Notes: generated by a model not told the origin, from the sequence alone. Numbered from the stretch's first letter, positions 29,967 through 40,668 are shown. The stretch is DNA of 48,531 nucleotides from Candidatus Heimdallarchaeota archaeon (GCA_046761065.1 JBHIFL010000026.1:1-48531), one strand, 5' to 3'. Translations and numbers: made by a program.

Positions 29967-31013
29967 TCAAAAGATTGTTTTTAGTTTCTCTGCAATGGTT
30001 TCTGGGCGAATAATAACGATTTCAGTTCCTAGAAGTTTCTGGAAAAAGTAGTCGTCAGCTCTATAGTTTTTATAGATGTTTGGTCGGGAAATAATTCGCA
30101 CATTGCACCAAAACCACTCAACCGCCTTACCTAGCGGGCCGGAATAAATCGTAAAATTAAATGTCGAATATCCTTCTGTTTCATAGAAGGTCAGAATCTT
30201 TGATAGCCCTACACCAAGGGACTGAGTTTCTGCAGAAGTCAGTTCGAGAAAATTGGATTTTTTTTTGACAATCCCTTGCACTTCATTAGCCCCAATCGGA
30301 GAGAAAGAGGCAAGCCATTCAATAGAGCCAGTTCGTCCAATATATCGTTCTCTTGTTGCCTTTTCTGTAGTAATCAAGTCTTCCCAATAATTTGAGTGAG
30401 TCTTCTTAAAGTACCGTTGAGATCCATCAAATATTTGAGTTAAGAAGGTGTAAGGGGAATCTCCTCCTACAACCTGTAAATGGGGGTGTATTACACTAGC
30501 TCCCGCAGGAAAGAGATAATTACTATTGATTGTTATATATTTTACTTTTTTCATCGAAAAGATGTATCTGATGAATTCCAAGCATGATTGGATCCCATCT
30601 GAGAGGAGTTCCGGAGTGAAGTCTCTCAAGTTCAAATAATGGGCATGTGATAAGGCACAGACCGCGTGGAATTCGGATAGGGGAAACAAATTGGGAAAGA
30701 GAGTAGCTTCCCCTGTGGTTATCCTTTCTTGGGGTAAAAACTCTTTAGGGTATTTGGGAGTAATTGTAGTCACTTTATCAGGACACATGAAACAACTAGC
30801 TTGACTTTCTTGAGTTACCTTCTGGATAAGCTCCTGATCTGTAGCGCCAAAAAACATCTTTTTTTTGTCTTCTAGATTATGCCCCACAATACTCATCGTG
30901 CCCGTCAATGGATCGCGTCGGTACTCTATAAGGTGAACATCTTCTTGATAGTCCTTCAAAGGACTAATAAACCTTGATTCTTTTCTATAGCTCTCGAATC
31001 GAATCTGGGGCAT
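29967..31013 (-). CDS. Galactose-1-phosphate uridylyltransferase (GalT)-like HIT-superfamily nucleotidyltransferase
   Basis: EYRRDPLTG, CFMC (Zn), FPNLFP and GASVIHPHLQ (HxHxQ). Confidence 0.85.
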   Translation of the reverse strand: MPQIRFESYRKESRFISPLKDYQEDVHLIEYRRDPLTGTMSIVGHNLEDKKKMFFGATDQELIQKVTQESQASCFMCPDKVTTITPKYPKEFLPQERITTGEATLFPNLFPLSEFHAVCALSHAHYLNLRDFTPELLSDGIQSCLEFIRYIFSMKKVKYITINSNYLFPAGASVIHPHLQVVGGDSPYTFLTQIFDGSQRYFKKTHSNYWEDLITTEKATRERYIGRTGSIEWLASFSPIGANEVQGIVKKKSNFLELTSAETQSLGVGLSKILTFYETEGYSTFNFTIYSGPLGKAVEWFWCNVRIISRPNIYKNYRADDYFFQKLLGTEIVIIRPETIAEKLKTIF

Positions 31014-31155
31014 TTATTTTCTTCTCCTACGCCCTTTCTCCATGGTTCAAGGAATACATAAATTACACTTGTTCAGCTAAGGTATGTACCCGCATCGAAG
31101 TTAGTCCTTAAAAAGATCTAATGTACTGGGTCAATTACTGGAGGTATGAAAATAA

Positions 31156-32265
31156 ATGGCTAACTTGGCAGATCCTATCAAAATAGCAGATATGCAGGTA
31201 AAAAACCGGTTTGTAATGCCACCTATGGTCACAAATTTTGCTTCAGACAAGGGTGAAGTAACAGATCGACTCCTCCGCTATTATGAGCAGCGAAGTGAAG
31301 GTGGAATTGGGTTGATCATCGTTGAAGCCACTGCGATTGCGTGGGAACATCGCCTCCAAAAATATAGTGTCGGCATCTATGATGATCGCCTGATCCCAAG
31401 ATTAACACAACTCGCGGATCGCATCAAAGCCCATGGCGCACGAGCGTTCATTCAATTGGTCCATGCAGGCTCTAAGTCGCGAGTTGCTGAGCGGTTAGTC
31501 GGACCTTCTGCCATACGTGTGTTAGACGGACCTCTTCCTGAAGAATTATCTAAGGAAGAAATTGCAACCATCAAGGAAATGTTTGTAGATGCCGCGCAAA
31601 GAGCGTATGCGGCTGGGTTTGATGGGATCGAACTTCACGGAGCTCATATGTATCTCTTATCTTCGTTCTTGTCTTCTTATACAAATCAACGTGAAGATGA
31701 ATATGGAGGATCCACTCCCAACAAAGCCAAATTGGCCGTGGATATCATCAAAGCGATCCGAAACGAGTTAGGCTCCTATCCCATGCTTTGTCGGATCAAC
31801 AGTATCGAAAATATTATTCGGGGGATTGAAATCGAGGAGTCCAAGCAAATTGCCCAAATCTTGGAGCATGCGGGAGTGGATGCTTTACATGTTTCTGGTG
31901 TTGATGCCCCTTACTTTAATCCAAAACAACTGGCTAAATTCTCAACGGAAACCAAGCCAGAATTGCTGAAAAGCTATCCAGATGGGTGTTACATCCCTTG
32001 TGCTGCAGTAATCAAAGAAGTTGTCAAAATTCCAGTCATCGGCGTGGGAATGGTCCGGGATGCTGCCTTTACGGAAAAAATCATACAGGAAGGGTTGTGT
32101 GACCTCCTCTCAATAGGTCGCGGTCTGATTGCAGATCCGTTATTTGCCCAAAAGACACTTAATGGCAGAGGAGAGACAATTATCCAATGTGAAGACTGTG
32201 ATCAGTGTTTTCGGCAATTAGCAGAACTTAAACCAATCACTTGTTCTGTTAATCCAGATCTTTAA
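31156..32265 (+). CDS. OYE-family NADH:flavin oxidoreductase TIM barrel with C-terminal Fe-S Cys motif
   Basis: KNRFVMPPM, QLVHAG, AGFDGIELHGAHMYL, NQREDEYGG, GRGLIADP and CEDCDQC...CSVNP. Confidence 0.9.
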   Translation: MANLADPIKIADMQVKNRFVMPPMVTNFASDKGEVTDRLLRYYEQRSEGGIGLIIVEATAIAWEHRLQKYSVGIYDDRLIPRLTQLADRIKAHGARAFIQLVHAGSKSRVAERLVGPSAIRVLDGPLPEELSKEEIATIKEMFVDAAQRAYAAGFDGIELHGAHMYLLSSFLSSYTNQREDEYGGSTPNKAKLAVDIIKAIRNELGSYPMLCRINSIENIIRGIEIEESKQIAQILEHAGVDALHVSGVDAPYFNPKQLAKFSTETKPELLKSYPDGCYIPCAAVIKEVVKIPVIGVGMVRDAAFTEKIIQEGLCDLLSIGRGLIADPLFAQKTLNGRGETIIQCEDCDQCFRQLAELKPITCSVNPDL

Positions 32266-32372
32266 CCTGAGTTAATTAGAAGTTATACTTGAGCAGGTAA
32301 CCTTATTAATAAAAATTGTAGAGTATCAATTTTAAAGCTCTTATTGGATTACAATCGTTGAAGGTGTAATCT

Positions 32373-32642
32373 TTGCCAGGATATAAGGTATCAATCGAGA
32401 TTGTAGATATTCTTGAAGAAGGCAAATGCCCTGCTGGGCACCAAATTGGCGAAAAATTTGAATACCCGGTGGATCGGGGCAAAATTTGCGCGGCGGCTTT
32501 CCATTCGATATATCCTTACATCCGAGTGCTTGAATCGGGTGGAAGCTATCCGTGGTTTGAGGACGAGGGCAATAGTCATTCCGCCTGCTGTCCCGACTAT
32601 AAGCGCCCTGTCGTCTTCAAAATGACCCGGAAAGAAGTGTAG
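32373..32642 (+). CDS. TIGR04076-like small Cys-rich protein
   Basis: GKCPAGHQIGE, ICAAAFHSIYP and ACCPD..RPVVF. Confidence 0.8.
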   Translation: MPGYKVSIEIVDILEEGKCPAGHQIGEKFEYPVDRGKICAAAFHSIYPYIRVLESGGSYPWFEDEGNSHSACCPDYKRPVVFKMTRKEV

Positions 32643-32791
32643 AGATCAGGTTGGTGTCTCCAACCACTTATATTCATTTTTTGTGGGTTGAGCTTGGGTC
32701 ACAGTTTCACTGTAATAAAAGACCCCATAATCCTGACTAGAATGAATCCTGTAATTCAAACGGCTTGGGTTCTTTATGGCGGCTATTTCAT

Positions 32792-34264
32792 TCAAGGTTC
32801 TTCTCGGTTTTGCTCCAGCCATGTCTTGTATCGAGCGTATGCGTCCATTTTAGCCAATACTTTAACCGCTTCGGACGGGAACTCGTATATCGGAATTCGT
32901 CGAGTTTCTAGAAAATTTCTCCATAGTTCCACTTCTGATTTTGTGCCCACAACGGTAACTAGAATGGGCTTATCTTTTCGATTACTAATCGCGTTTGTAA
33001 TCGAAACAGGGTGGAAATCCATCTCCTCCACCGCATAAACCGAAATCAAGACCGCATCAACTTGTTCTTCTTCGAGTATTGCTCTTATGGCTACCTGGAA
33101 GACACGTTCTTCCCCTACTCTGTACGAATCAGGGTAGGTATCAATGGGGTTCATGGCTTTCACGTCGTCGGTGAAGACTTCCATGAGTTTTTCACTCGTT
33201 GCCTCTGAAAATGTGGCAAGTTGGAGGCCCAACTGAGCAATGGAATCGGTGGCCAAAATATTGATCGCTCCAGAGAATCCACAAACACCCACCCGACATC
33301 TACGCTTGGGACTGGTCGGGGGAAGTGGTTGGAACGCAAAGGCTTTGGTGACATTAATCAGTTCCCGAAAGTCATCTACGAGTGTTATCCCAGCTTGTTT
33401 GGCGGCAGTTGTGAAGATTTGATGGTTACCCGCTAAGCTAGCAGTGTGGGAGACGGCTGCCGCTGCCCCTTCGGGGGTTTTTCCGCCTTTTAGGACTATT
33501 ACCGGTTTCCTTGTGGTTGCGACTTGCGCGGCATGAACAAAACGCGGTCCCTCCTTGATGCCCTCTAGGTACATGGCAATGACCCTAGTCTGTGCGTCTT
33601 CGGCCAGGTAATATAACCCATCTGCCGCATCAATATCAATCATGTTGCCTAGACCCAACACTTTGGAAATCCCAAACCGTTCGCTGGACATGATATGACG
33701 TAAAATCGCTCCAGCAAACATGCCCGTCTGGGCGATCCATCCAACTACGCCTGTGCGCAAATTCTTGGGATCGACAAAAGTCGATGTCGTAAAGACCGGC
33801 GGCGATGTATTAAGCAACCCTGTTGTATTGGGACCTATCACACGAATGTTTGTTTCCTTAATAATCTCAATAAGCGCTTCCTGCAATTTTTTGCCTGCTA
33901 CTCCTACTTCCGCAAACCCTTCTGTTCTTATGACTGCTGCGTTGACCCCCTTATCCGCGCATTGCTTTAAAACCTTGGGGACCGCTTCTGGAGGGATGAT
34001 AATCGTCACAAGATCAACTGGGTCAGGCACATCCATTATGGTTCGATAAGCGGGGAGTCCCAAAATCTCATGGGCCGAAGGATTGATGGGATAAATCTTT
34101 TCAAATCCAAACTCTAACAAATTTTGGGTAAGCCGGAACCCCTCTTTCTTGGGATTTCTCGAAGCACCAATGACGGCGATACTTTGTGGCCTCATGATCG
34201 CTCTTAACTGGTTAACTGTTTGTTTCCAATCTCTTGAAGGTTCGGAATCACTTTCTAGGGGCAA
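32792..34264 (-). CDS. acdA: ADP-forming acyl-CoA synthetase alpha subunit (ACD)
   Basis: SIAVIGAS, EGFAE, GPNTTG, YLEG and LKGGKT..G..A..SHTASLAG (phospho-His). Confidence 0.88.
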   Translation of the reverse strand: MPLESDSEPSRDWKQTVNQLRAIMRPQSIAVIGASRNPKKEGFRLTQNLLEFGFEKIYPINPSAHEILGLPAYRTIMDVPDPVDLVTIIIPPEAVPKVLKQCADKGVNAAVIRTEGFAEVGVAGKKLQEALIEIIKETNIRVIGPNTTGLLNTSPPVFTTSTFVDPKNLRTGVVGWIAQTGMFAGAILRHIMSSERFGISKVLGLGNMIDIDAADGLYYLAEDAQTRVIAMYLEGIKEGPRFVHAAQVATTRKPVIVLKGGKTPEGAAAAVSHTASLAGNHQIFTTAAKQAGITLVDDFRELINVTKAFAFQPLPPTSPKRRCRVGVCGFSGAINILATDSIAQLGLQLATFSEATSEKLMEVFTDDVKAMNPIDTYPDSYRVGEERVFQVAIRAILEEEQVDAVLISVYAVEEMDFHPVSITNAISNRKDKPILVTVVGTKSEVELWRNFLETRRIPIYEFPSEAVKVLAKMDAYARYKTWLEQNREEP

Positions 34265-34545
34265 CCCAATCTATCTCCCTGTTATTATCCTTCTTGCCAC
34301 ATTTCAACTACCATCTACCGATCGTACTCTTTTTAGAAATAACTGCTTCGCTCTTGAAGGACAGAAGCTTAAAAAATGCCTAAAGTCATTATGATATACT
34401 TTTCTATCTTCTTCAATAAAACCAGTGAAACCAATCTTTATGATGACTCTTAAAAAATCTAGTCGATAAAATTTTATAATTCTGCCATTTTTAGTATATA
34501 TTGCCTTAGAAACCATCCACTATAAGAAAAAGGAGTTACAGAGTT

Positions 34546-35232
34546 ATGAAAGACCCGTCCGATGAGCGAACACAAATTGGAATGTTAACTATAGGACAGT
34601 CGCCTCGAACAGATGTTATATCCGATATTAATAATATTTTAGGGTCCAATGTCGAAATAATCGAGTGTGGAGCTCTTGATGGGCTGTCACTTGAAGAGAT
34701 AAAAAAACTAGAGCCCAGTTCAATAGGTGAATACGTGTTAGTAACAAGGCTGCAAGATGGCACTGAAGTCAAAGTAAGTCGCGAAAAAATCATTGCACGG
34801 ATGAATCAATGTCTTAAAAAGCTTGAAAAACGTTCTAAGATCGTTATTATCCTCTGTACAGGAAATTTTCCAGAATTCCATCCCCAAAAACTGTTGATCG
34901 AGCCCTCCAATTTGATATGCAGTGTGGTTCAAAGTCTGCTGCCCAAAGGGCGCTTAGGTGTGCTGATTCCTACTCCTGAACAAGCTCAAGCCATTGCATC
35001 AAAATGGAAACGCGAAGGAATCACCTTAAAAATTCAGGCATTATCTCCCTATCAAGATACAAAAACAGAAACCGTTCAAGAAATCGCAAACAGGTTTAAA
35101 GATTGCGATTTGATCGTACTTGATTGCATGGGTTATACCAAACGGATCGGAGACCTCATTAAAACAATGACAGGCATTCCAGTAATCGTTTCGAAAACAT
35201 TAGTAGCTCGGATTGTAAGGGGACTAATATGA
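34546..35232 (+). CDS. aroM: AroM-family protein
   Basis: TIGQSPRTD, GALDG, LVTRLQDG, LCTGNFP, SPY and LDCMGY. Confidence 0.88.
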   Translation: MKDPSDERTQIGMLTIGQSPRTDVISDINNILGSNVEIIECGALDGLSLEEIKKLEPSSIGEYVLVTRLQDGTEVKVSREKIIARMNQCLKKLEKRSKIVIILCTGNFPEFHPQKLLIEPSNLICSVVQSLLPKGRLGVLIPTPEQAQAIASKWKREGITLKIQALSPYQDTKTETVQEIANRFKDCDLIVLDCMGYTKRIGDLIKTMTGIPVIVSKTLVARIVRGLI

Positions 35233-35449
35233 CCGATTAAACTTTTTAAAAGTTTGAACAACTCAAAAGAAAAAAGAAAATTATGTGATGTAGTACCTAT
35301 ATCGGCTTTTGTCGCTGAAACGATATCCTCAGCTTTTCCCTTTTCGTCACAAGCGAGATTCAAAGAATAAAGAATTCACCACTCCAAATTTCAATGAAAA
35401 GGGATCGAACCGCTAAGTACATACTTCCGAACCGCCCAGAAGGTGATCA

Positions 35450-36205
35450 CTATTTGAGGGAAGTCCACCCCGCGTCGACACAAATTGTCTGCCCAGTTAT
35501 GTAATCAGCATAGTTGGATGCGAGAAAGACGGCGACATATGCTACTTCTTGGGTGGTTCCAAATCTTTTGAGCGGAATCCGCTCCATTAACATGTCTTGG
35601 ACCTCTTTCTTAGCCAGAAAGCTGCTAGTCATCTCTGTGATGTGCCATCCTGGTGCGATTGCATTTACATTGATCTTAAATTTTGCCCATTCGCCTGCGA
35701 GGTCTTTGGTTAGCCCTATAAGGCCTGCTTTACTGGCTATGTAGGCGGCACGCCCTGGAATAGGGATAATCCCTTGTACAGATGTAATATTAATGATTTT
35801 TCCTCCTTTTTTGGCTAGGTAAGGGAACGCAGCTTGAGAACAAAGAAATGCGCCTTTGAGATTTACGGCAAAGTGATAATCCCAGTCTTCTTCCAAAAGT
35901 TCTTCGGCCGGGGCTCGTACGATGACACCTGCATTATTCACTAGGATTTCGAGCCCTCCAAATGTCTCTACGGTCTGATTGACTAGATTTTCCACCTTTG
36001 ATTTCTTTGTAACGTCTACCTGTATTCCTAATCCTTTGCGGCCCATTTTTTTTATTTCTTCCAAGGTCTTTTCGAGGGGTTCGCGACGTCTTCCACAAAT
36101 TGTAACATTTCCCCCCGCTCTAACCAGTTCTTGGGCGATTGCTTTTCCAATGCCACTTCCTCCCCCTGTTACAATGGCTGTTTTCCCAGTGAGATCTACT
36201 TTCAT
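35450..36205 (-). CDS. Classical SDR oxidoreductase (KduD/gluconate 5-dehydrogenase-like)
   Basis: TGGGSGIG, NNAG, YIASK and VNAIAPG. Start is ATG36205 or ATG36220. Confidence 0.9.
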   Translation of the reverse strand: MKVDLTGKTAIVTGGGSGIGKAIAQELVRAGGNVTICGRRREPLEKTLEEIKKMGRKGLGIQVDVTKKSKVENLVNQTVETFGGLEILVNNAGVIVRAPAEELLEEDWDYHFAVNLKGAFLCSQAAFPYLAKKGGKIINITSVQGIIPIPGRAAYIASKAGLIGLTKDLAGEWAKFKINVNAIAPGWHITEMTSSFLAKKEVQDMLMERIPLKRFGTTQEVAYVAVFLASNYADYITGQTICVDAGWTSLK

Positions 36206-36631
36206 GAAAACCACCTTCATTTTCTTTGGGAAATGCGTTGACACGCCTTGTGTGGCATGCCTCAAGATGTTCGGTTTAAAGTAAAAAATCTAATCTATAT
36301 TTTTTGCTGATAGAATTTTTTACTGCATATAGTTCCTGGCTATGCTATTTTCTTGTGTGATGAATTCTTGAAGCTCGGACTTCTGTTCTTCAAAAAAGAT
36401 AAATTCCTAAAAAGGCAAAGGACGAAAGCCAATTGAACTTTAAATTTTTATAGTAAAGATAATTGGCTTGTTGTTTCAAATAGCTAGATGCTGAGGGATT
36501 TTCCTTACAGTGATGATAGCGTTGTGACACCTTCGATTCAATTCGTTGATTAAATCCCCACCTTTGAATCGAGACACAAATTTTAAGATGAGGGTTGCAG
36601 TTTTACTATGTAACTTCAGGAGTTTCATTAA

Positions 36632-37063
36632 ATGACTCACACTCCTCGGTATACTCGTTATCTTGATAAAATTACTCATTGTAAACAACGAATCAAAAAC
36701 ATTGAAGAATGGACTAAAGAAGTAAATGCCATTGAGGACGAGCGGACTCGCCTTGCGATCTATAAAGCTGCGCAGGAAGTCGTGGAGAGCATAATGGATC
36801 TTCTAGCTATGATCTTAAAAGATGCAGAAAAACTTCCAAAAGATGATTATACAAATATCCAACTAGTTTATGAAGAAAACCTAATTTCTAAAGCAGAAAA
36901 AGATCTTTTAAATGAAGCGAATGGATTTCGCAATCGATTAGTTCATGATTATAATGGTCTGAATGATAGAATAGCTTTTACTGCCTTGAAAAGACTCTTA
37001 CCAGGTTTTAACGATCTTCTGAGGAAGGTGAAGCAATGGATCAAAAACTTTTTCGAGAGTTAA
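36632..37063 (+). CDS. HEPN (DUF86/HepT-like) RNase toxin
   Basis: FRNRLVHDY contains the RX4HXY motif. Confidence 0.88.
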   Translation: MTHTPRYTRYLDKITHCKQRIKNIEEWTKEVNAIEDERTRLAIYKAAQEVVESIMDLLAMILKDAEKLPKDDYTNIQLVYEENLISKAEKDLLNEANGFRNRLVHDYNGLNDRIAFTALKRLLPGFNDLLRKVKQWIKNFFES

Positions 37064-37410
37064 AAGAAGATTTTAAGGAATTAGCTAAAGATAACGAAAT
37101 TCACGCGATCTTAGCTTTTGGTTCTTCTGTGTCAGGAGAAAACACCGCTCGTAGTGATGTGGATGTATGCATTGTTGCGCCAGCGGCGCAAGACCGAGTG
37201 GAGGTATTACGCCGCGCGTGGCGACAGGTCGGAGGCAAATATGACCTGTGGCTCTTTGAAGAGCTTCCTCTCTATATCCAAGCCGAAATCCTCCAGAACC
37301 ACCAAATTCTGTATTGTTCCGACATTCCTGCATTGTTTGAATATTTTTATCCCGTTCGTAAGCTTATATCGGATATGATTCACCGGCAGCGGGTTGCAAT
37401 GATGGATTAA
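37036..37410 (+). CDS. Minimal nucleotidyltransferase (MNT) antitoxin
   Basis: FGS..SG....RSDVDVC and FEELPLYIQ. Overlaps the HEPN gene. Confidence 0.88.
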   Translation: MDQKLFRELKEDFKELAKDNEIHAILAFGSSVSGENTARSDVDVCIVAPAAQDRVEVLRRAWRQVGGKYDLWLFEELPLYIQAEILQNHQILYCSDIPALFEYFYPVRKLISDMIHRQRVAMMD

Positions 37411-37771
37411 GTGAATAACTAGCGGGAGGAATTATACTTGGGGAGTCTTTTCCTCTGGCAGCGAAAAAGATCCTAAGGATCTCTCGTATTCATTTCCCCC
37501 TTTTTAGAACAGATGAGGGGATGTGGATTTTAAGTTTATTGTCACATATTTTGCTCTTTCATATTATTTCTCAAATACGAATACAAAGGGATAATAAATG
37601 GGATGGGCAGGAGGAAGCGCCGCAGGGGCATTGCAGCAGCGGCTAAGAAGAAGGAAAAGAAAGAAAATAAAAAGTCGATGTCCTTACCTATTTTTTAGAG
37701 CCATAGTTATAATATTAGCTATTGTCTTCTATTTTCACGCTCCGGTTTCTTTTCTTTCCGAGGAACCTCCG

Positions 37772-38870
37772 TTAGGCGATATGTTGCAGACAGAAGCAGA
37801 TAATGGGAGCAATCTGATAGAGAGGAGCAAAGATGTGGGGAGACAAGGCAGCTTTGGAATCTTCGTCGATCTCAAAGTGGTGAGCGATCCCTAGTTCAGT
37901 TAATGTGTTGTGTAGTTTTCTTGCTTCATCAGCTAAGCCAAACTCGTCACTTTGTTCACAGGTCAGCAGCAAGGGACCTTATTTGAGCGCCGTGGGATGT
38001 TCTCGCATTCTATAGTTCAGATCGGATTTCTCCCAGTTCTTCCACGCTTGCGAGTCCCAGTTCACCATCTTTCTGGTCTCATCACGGATAATGGAGGGGA
38101 GTAAGGGCGTTTCCTTGAAAAAAACGAGATCCGCGGTGTCCAATATATCATTCATCAGATTGACGCCGAGTTGTTCTGCTTGTTCCCTACCAAACAGTTT
38201 TTCATTGAACGGGATAACCAACTTCAAGTTTAGGAATGTTATTGCTCCGTTAGCCGGGCTTAGGGCGACCGCGGCGCCGAATTTCTGAGGGTGATGCAAA
38301 CAGATACTTATCATCCCATAACCGCCTATGGAATGCCCCATCAAGGCGTGGTGTTGCTTCTCCGGCAGGGTGCGATAGGTCACATCAATATGCAAGGACA
38401 TCTTGAATAATGTAGTCCTCGTACTGCCCCGTGTAGGGTGAGTTCTTATACATACACCCTTTGGTCAACTCCACACCTGTGGCCATCTTCACCCCACTTA
38501 ACTGGGGAAGGTGTAAGCTCCCATCGGGCTGCGCAAAAATGAACGGCGGCACCTCCCCGACATTGATCAACTTGTCAAATTGCATGTAGTATGGAACCCA
38601 ATAAACATTCAATTAGTCTCGAATAGGTGGGAGAAACAGCTCTATTGGCATTTCCGGGTTATCCTCCGGCCGGGGATACACCGTTATAAACTTATTATTG
38701 CAACTATAATGGTATAAAAAGTAAATCACGGGATAGCGCTGGGTTTCGGAGTCGAGATACCGCGGTGGAAGATACACGAACAGATCCCGCTCCACAGGAC
38801 TATTCAACGGATTATTTTCGAGGCTCGTGGCGTGAAACCGATCAATGCGGTAGCGGTCGTTCTCACTCAT
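37772..38870 (-). pseudogene. Alpha/beta-hydrolase esterase (Fes/XynZ-like) broken into four pieces
   Basis: VYLPP.Y...RYPVIYFL, QYEDYIIQD, IDVTYRT, GHSIGG nucleophile and DEFG. In-frame TAA at 38613-38615 and 37979-37981; frameshift near 38390. Confidence 0.85.
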
Positions 38871-39446
38871 TCTGATCCTTTCCGACCTCCCAATGGCGGA
38901 GTCTGTCTTTATATGTTCCTCCGTTCTTAATTCCTGCAACCGAGGAAGTCTCCATGGCCTCTATTGCGGCTCATCTTTTTCATTTTCGCAAAACAGAATA
39001 AATTCTCCGGGTAAATATATTTTTAATACGGTGAAATGCGTTCAATTAGCTAAGAAAAGAAGAATGATGTTAATAGAGAAGATATTCAATTCTGAATAGT
39101 ATTCTTGATTATGACAGGCAATTGATGCTTGTTTAGGCTCTATTTCAGTAGGATCTATTAATAACCGAACTACTGGCCTAGACGTGTTATAATAATCTCA
39201 TACAGAGTTCTATGAAATTTCAACGAGGAATTGAATTCGAATTCGCACTTTAATATCCTGGGTGCTTTACCTCGTAAGTTACTGAGATTATTTATATTTC
39301 AGTGTAATCTTTGAGAGGGGTTTTAACACGCAAAGCTCTAGTATTTACCGATATAAGGTTATTTGTTAATTTTACTAACATTATCAAAGAAATACTTAAA
39401 GTAAATTCTAAAAGAGTGGCTGGTCGTCATATCGAATTTTCGAGGA

Positions 39447-40124
39447 ATGGAAATAACAATGGCAACTCAAAGAATAAAGTCAGGCTTGTTAAGGATAAGT
39501 GGTTATTTGGTCCCGCTAGTGCAGCAAATACCGCCACTTAGCATATACACTGGCTTGATGACTCTTCCAATGATTAGCAACATTGCTCTCCTATTCACAA
39601 ACCTAGACCTTACAGCTTTGCGGAAACAAATTTGGCCACCGTTTGATCAAGAATGGGCACTAGTGGGCACTGTGGTGTCTGTGACTGGATTATTGCTTGC
39701 CCTGTATTCTATTGTTTACCTAGGATTATATAAGAAACAGGGACTGGTTACGACTGGTCCCTATCGTTATATTAGACATCCACAATATACTGGATTCCTT
39801 CTTTTAACCGCCGGTTTGGCTGGCTATAGTTACTGGGTTCTTACAAACACATTTGGTATAGGATGGCAATTAGCAAATCTGTCAGCAAAACAGACAGTTT
39901 TGATACTATGGTATATGGAACTAGGTGCATCAATTTTACTGGCACTTATAGAAGAATCGTACATGTCTAAGGAGTTTGGCCACGAGTACACCACCTACAA
40001 GAGCAATACGCCGTTCTTCATTCCGTTCGGAAAAGCAGTAAAACGGTATGACATTCTAATTTCGATCCTAGTACTGAGTCTAATTCTCTTTATACTCCTT
40101 ATTCCCTCCCTTTCTCTCTTCTAA
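39447..40124 (+). CDS. Isoprenylcysteine carboxyl methyltransferase/PEMT-family membrane protein
   Basis: LVTTGPYRYIRHPQY and EE..M..EFG.EY..YK..TPFFIP. Confidence 0.85.
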   Translation: MEITMATQRIKSGLLRISGYLVPLVQQIPPLSIYTGLMTLPMISNIALLFTNLDLTALRKQIWPPFDQEWALVGTVVSVTGLLLALYSIVYLGLYKKQGLVTTGPYRYIRHPQYTGFLLLTAGLAGYSYWVLTNTFGIGWQLANLSAKQTVLILWYMELGASILLALIEESYMSKEFGHEYTTYKSNTPFFIPFGKAVKRYDILISILVLSLILFILLIPSLSLF

Positions 40125-40299
40125 CCCTATCTCCTCTCTCCGTCTCCTTCTACTTCCCCTCTCTAATCCAATTAAATAAGTTTAAGATTCTAATAAGAGG
40201 AACTATGATTTTGCATAAAATTTCAGTAGAGAGGGCACCATTTTTTTTAAACCACCCCCGATGAAAAAGTGAGACACCGAATCGAGAAGATGATTACCC

Positions 40300-40467
40300 A
40301 TGATTTCGACTCGATGCCTCCCTAAGAACGAAGCCTTCTTTGTTAAAAGATTTTCCAGTGTGCACATCTTCCGCAAACTCGGCCTTCAGCTGCTCGAGCA
40401 GCTCATCGAGACCTTCCAGGCCGATAAGTACAAGAAACACTACAAAACCTCCTCCGAAATGCGATAA
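40300..40467 (+). mobile_element. Possible IS4-family transposase N-terminal remnant (DUF4372-like)
   Basis: A 55-aa frame, below the ORF-track size cutoff: MISTR...IFRKLGLQLLEQLIETFQADKYKKHYKT*, resembling the ADKYxKHF motif. No DDE domain follows. Confidence 0.45.
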
Positions 40468-40668
40468 AAAATCAATGGGTCAAAAAATCCCTTTTGAAGC
40501 GCTCACAACTTACACCCAAAAAACAAATCAATCCCTCATCATGAGAGATCGCAGAATTACTCCCGAACTTTATAAAATATTTTCCATGAGTTTTTATAGC
40601 AATTATTCTAAAAATTATTAAAGCTTAATCGGTAATTAAAAAACAAATAGAAGAGTAGGCATTTTTGA

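Noticed and set aside
37598-37894. 98-aa plus-strand ORF with a basic stretch and one TM
   Set aside because: Its 3' half is antisense to the esterase pseudogene and it has no recognisable family. The 5' half could be a real small-protein remnant but is unsupported.
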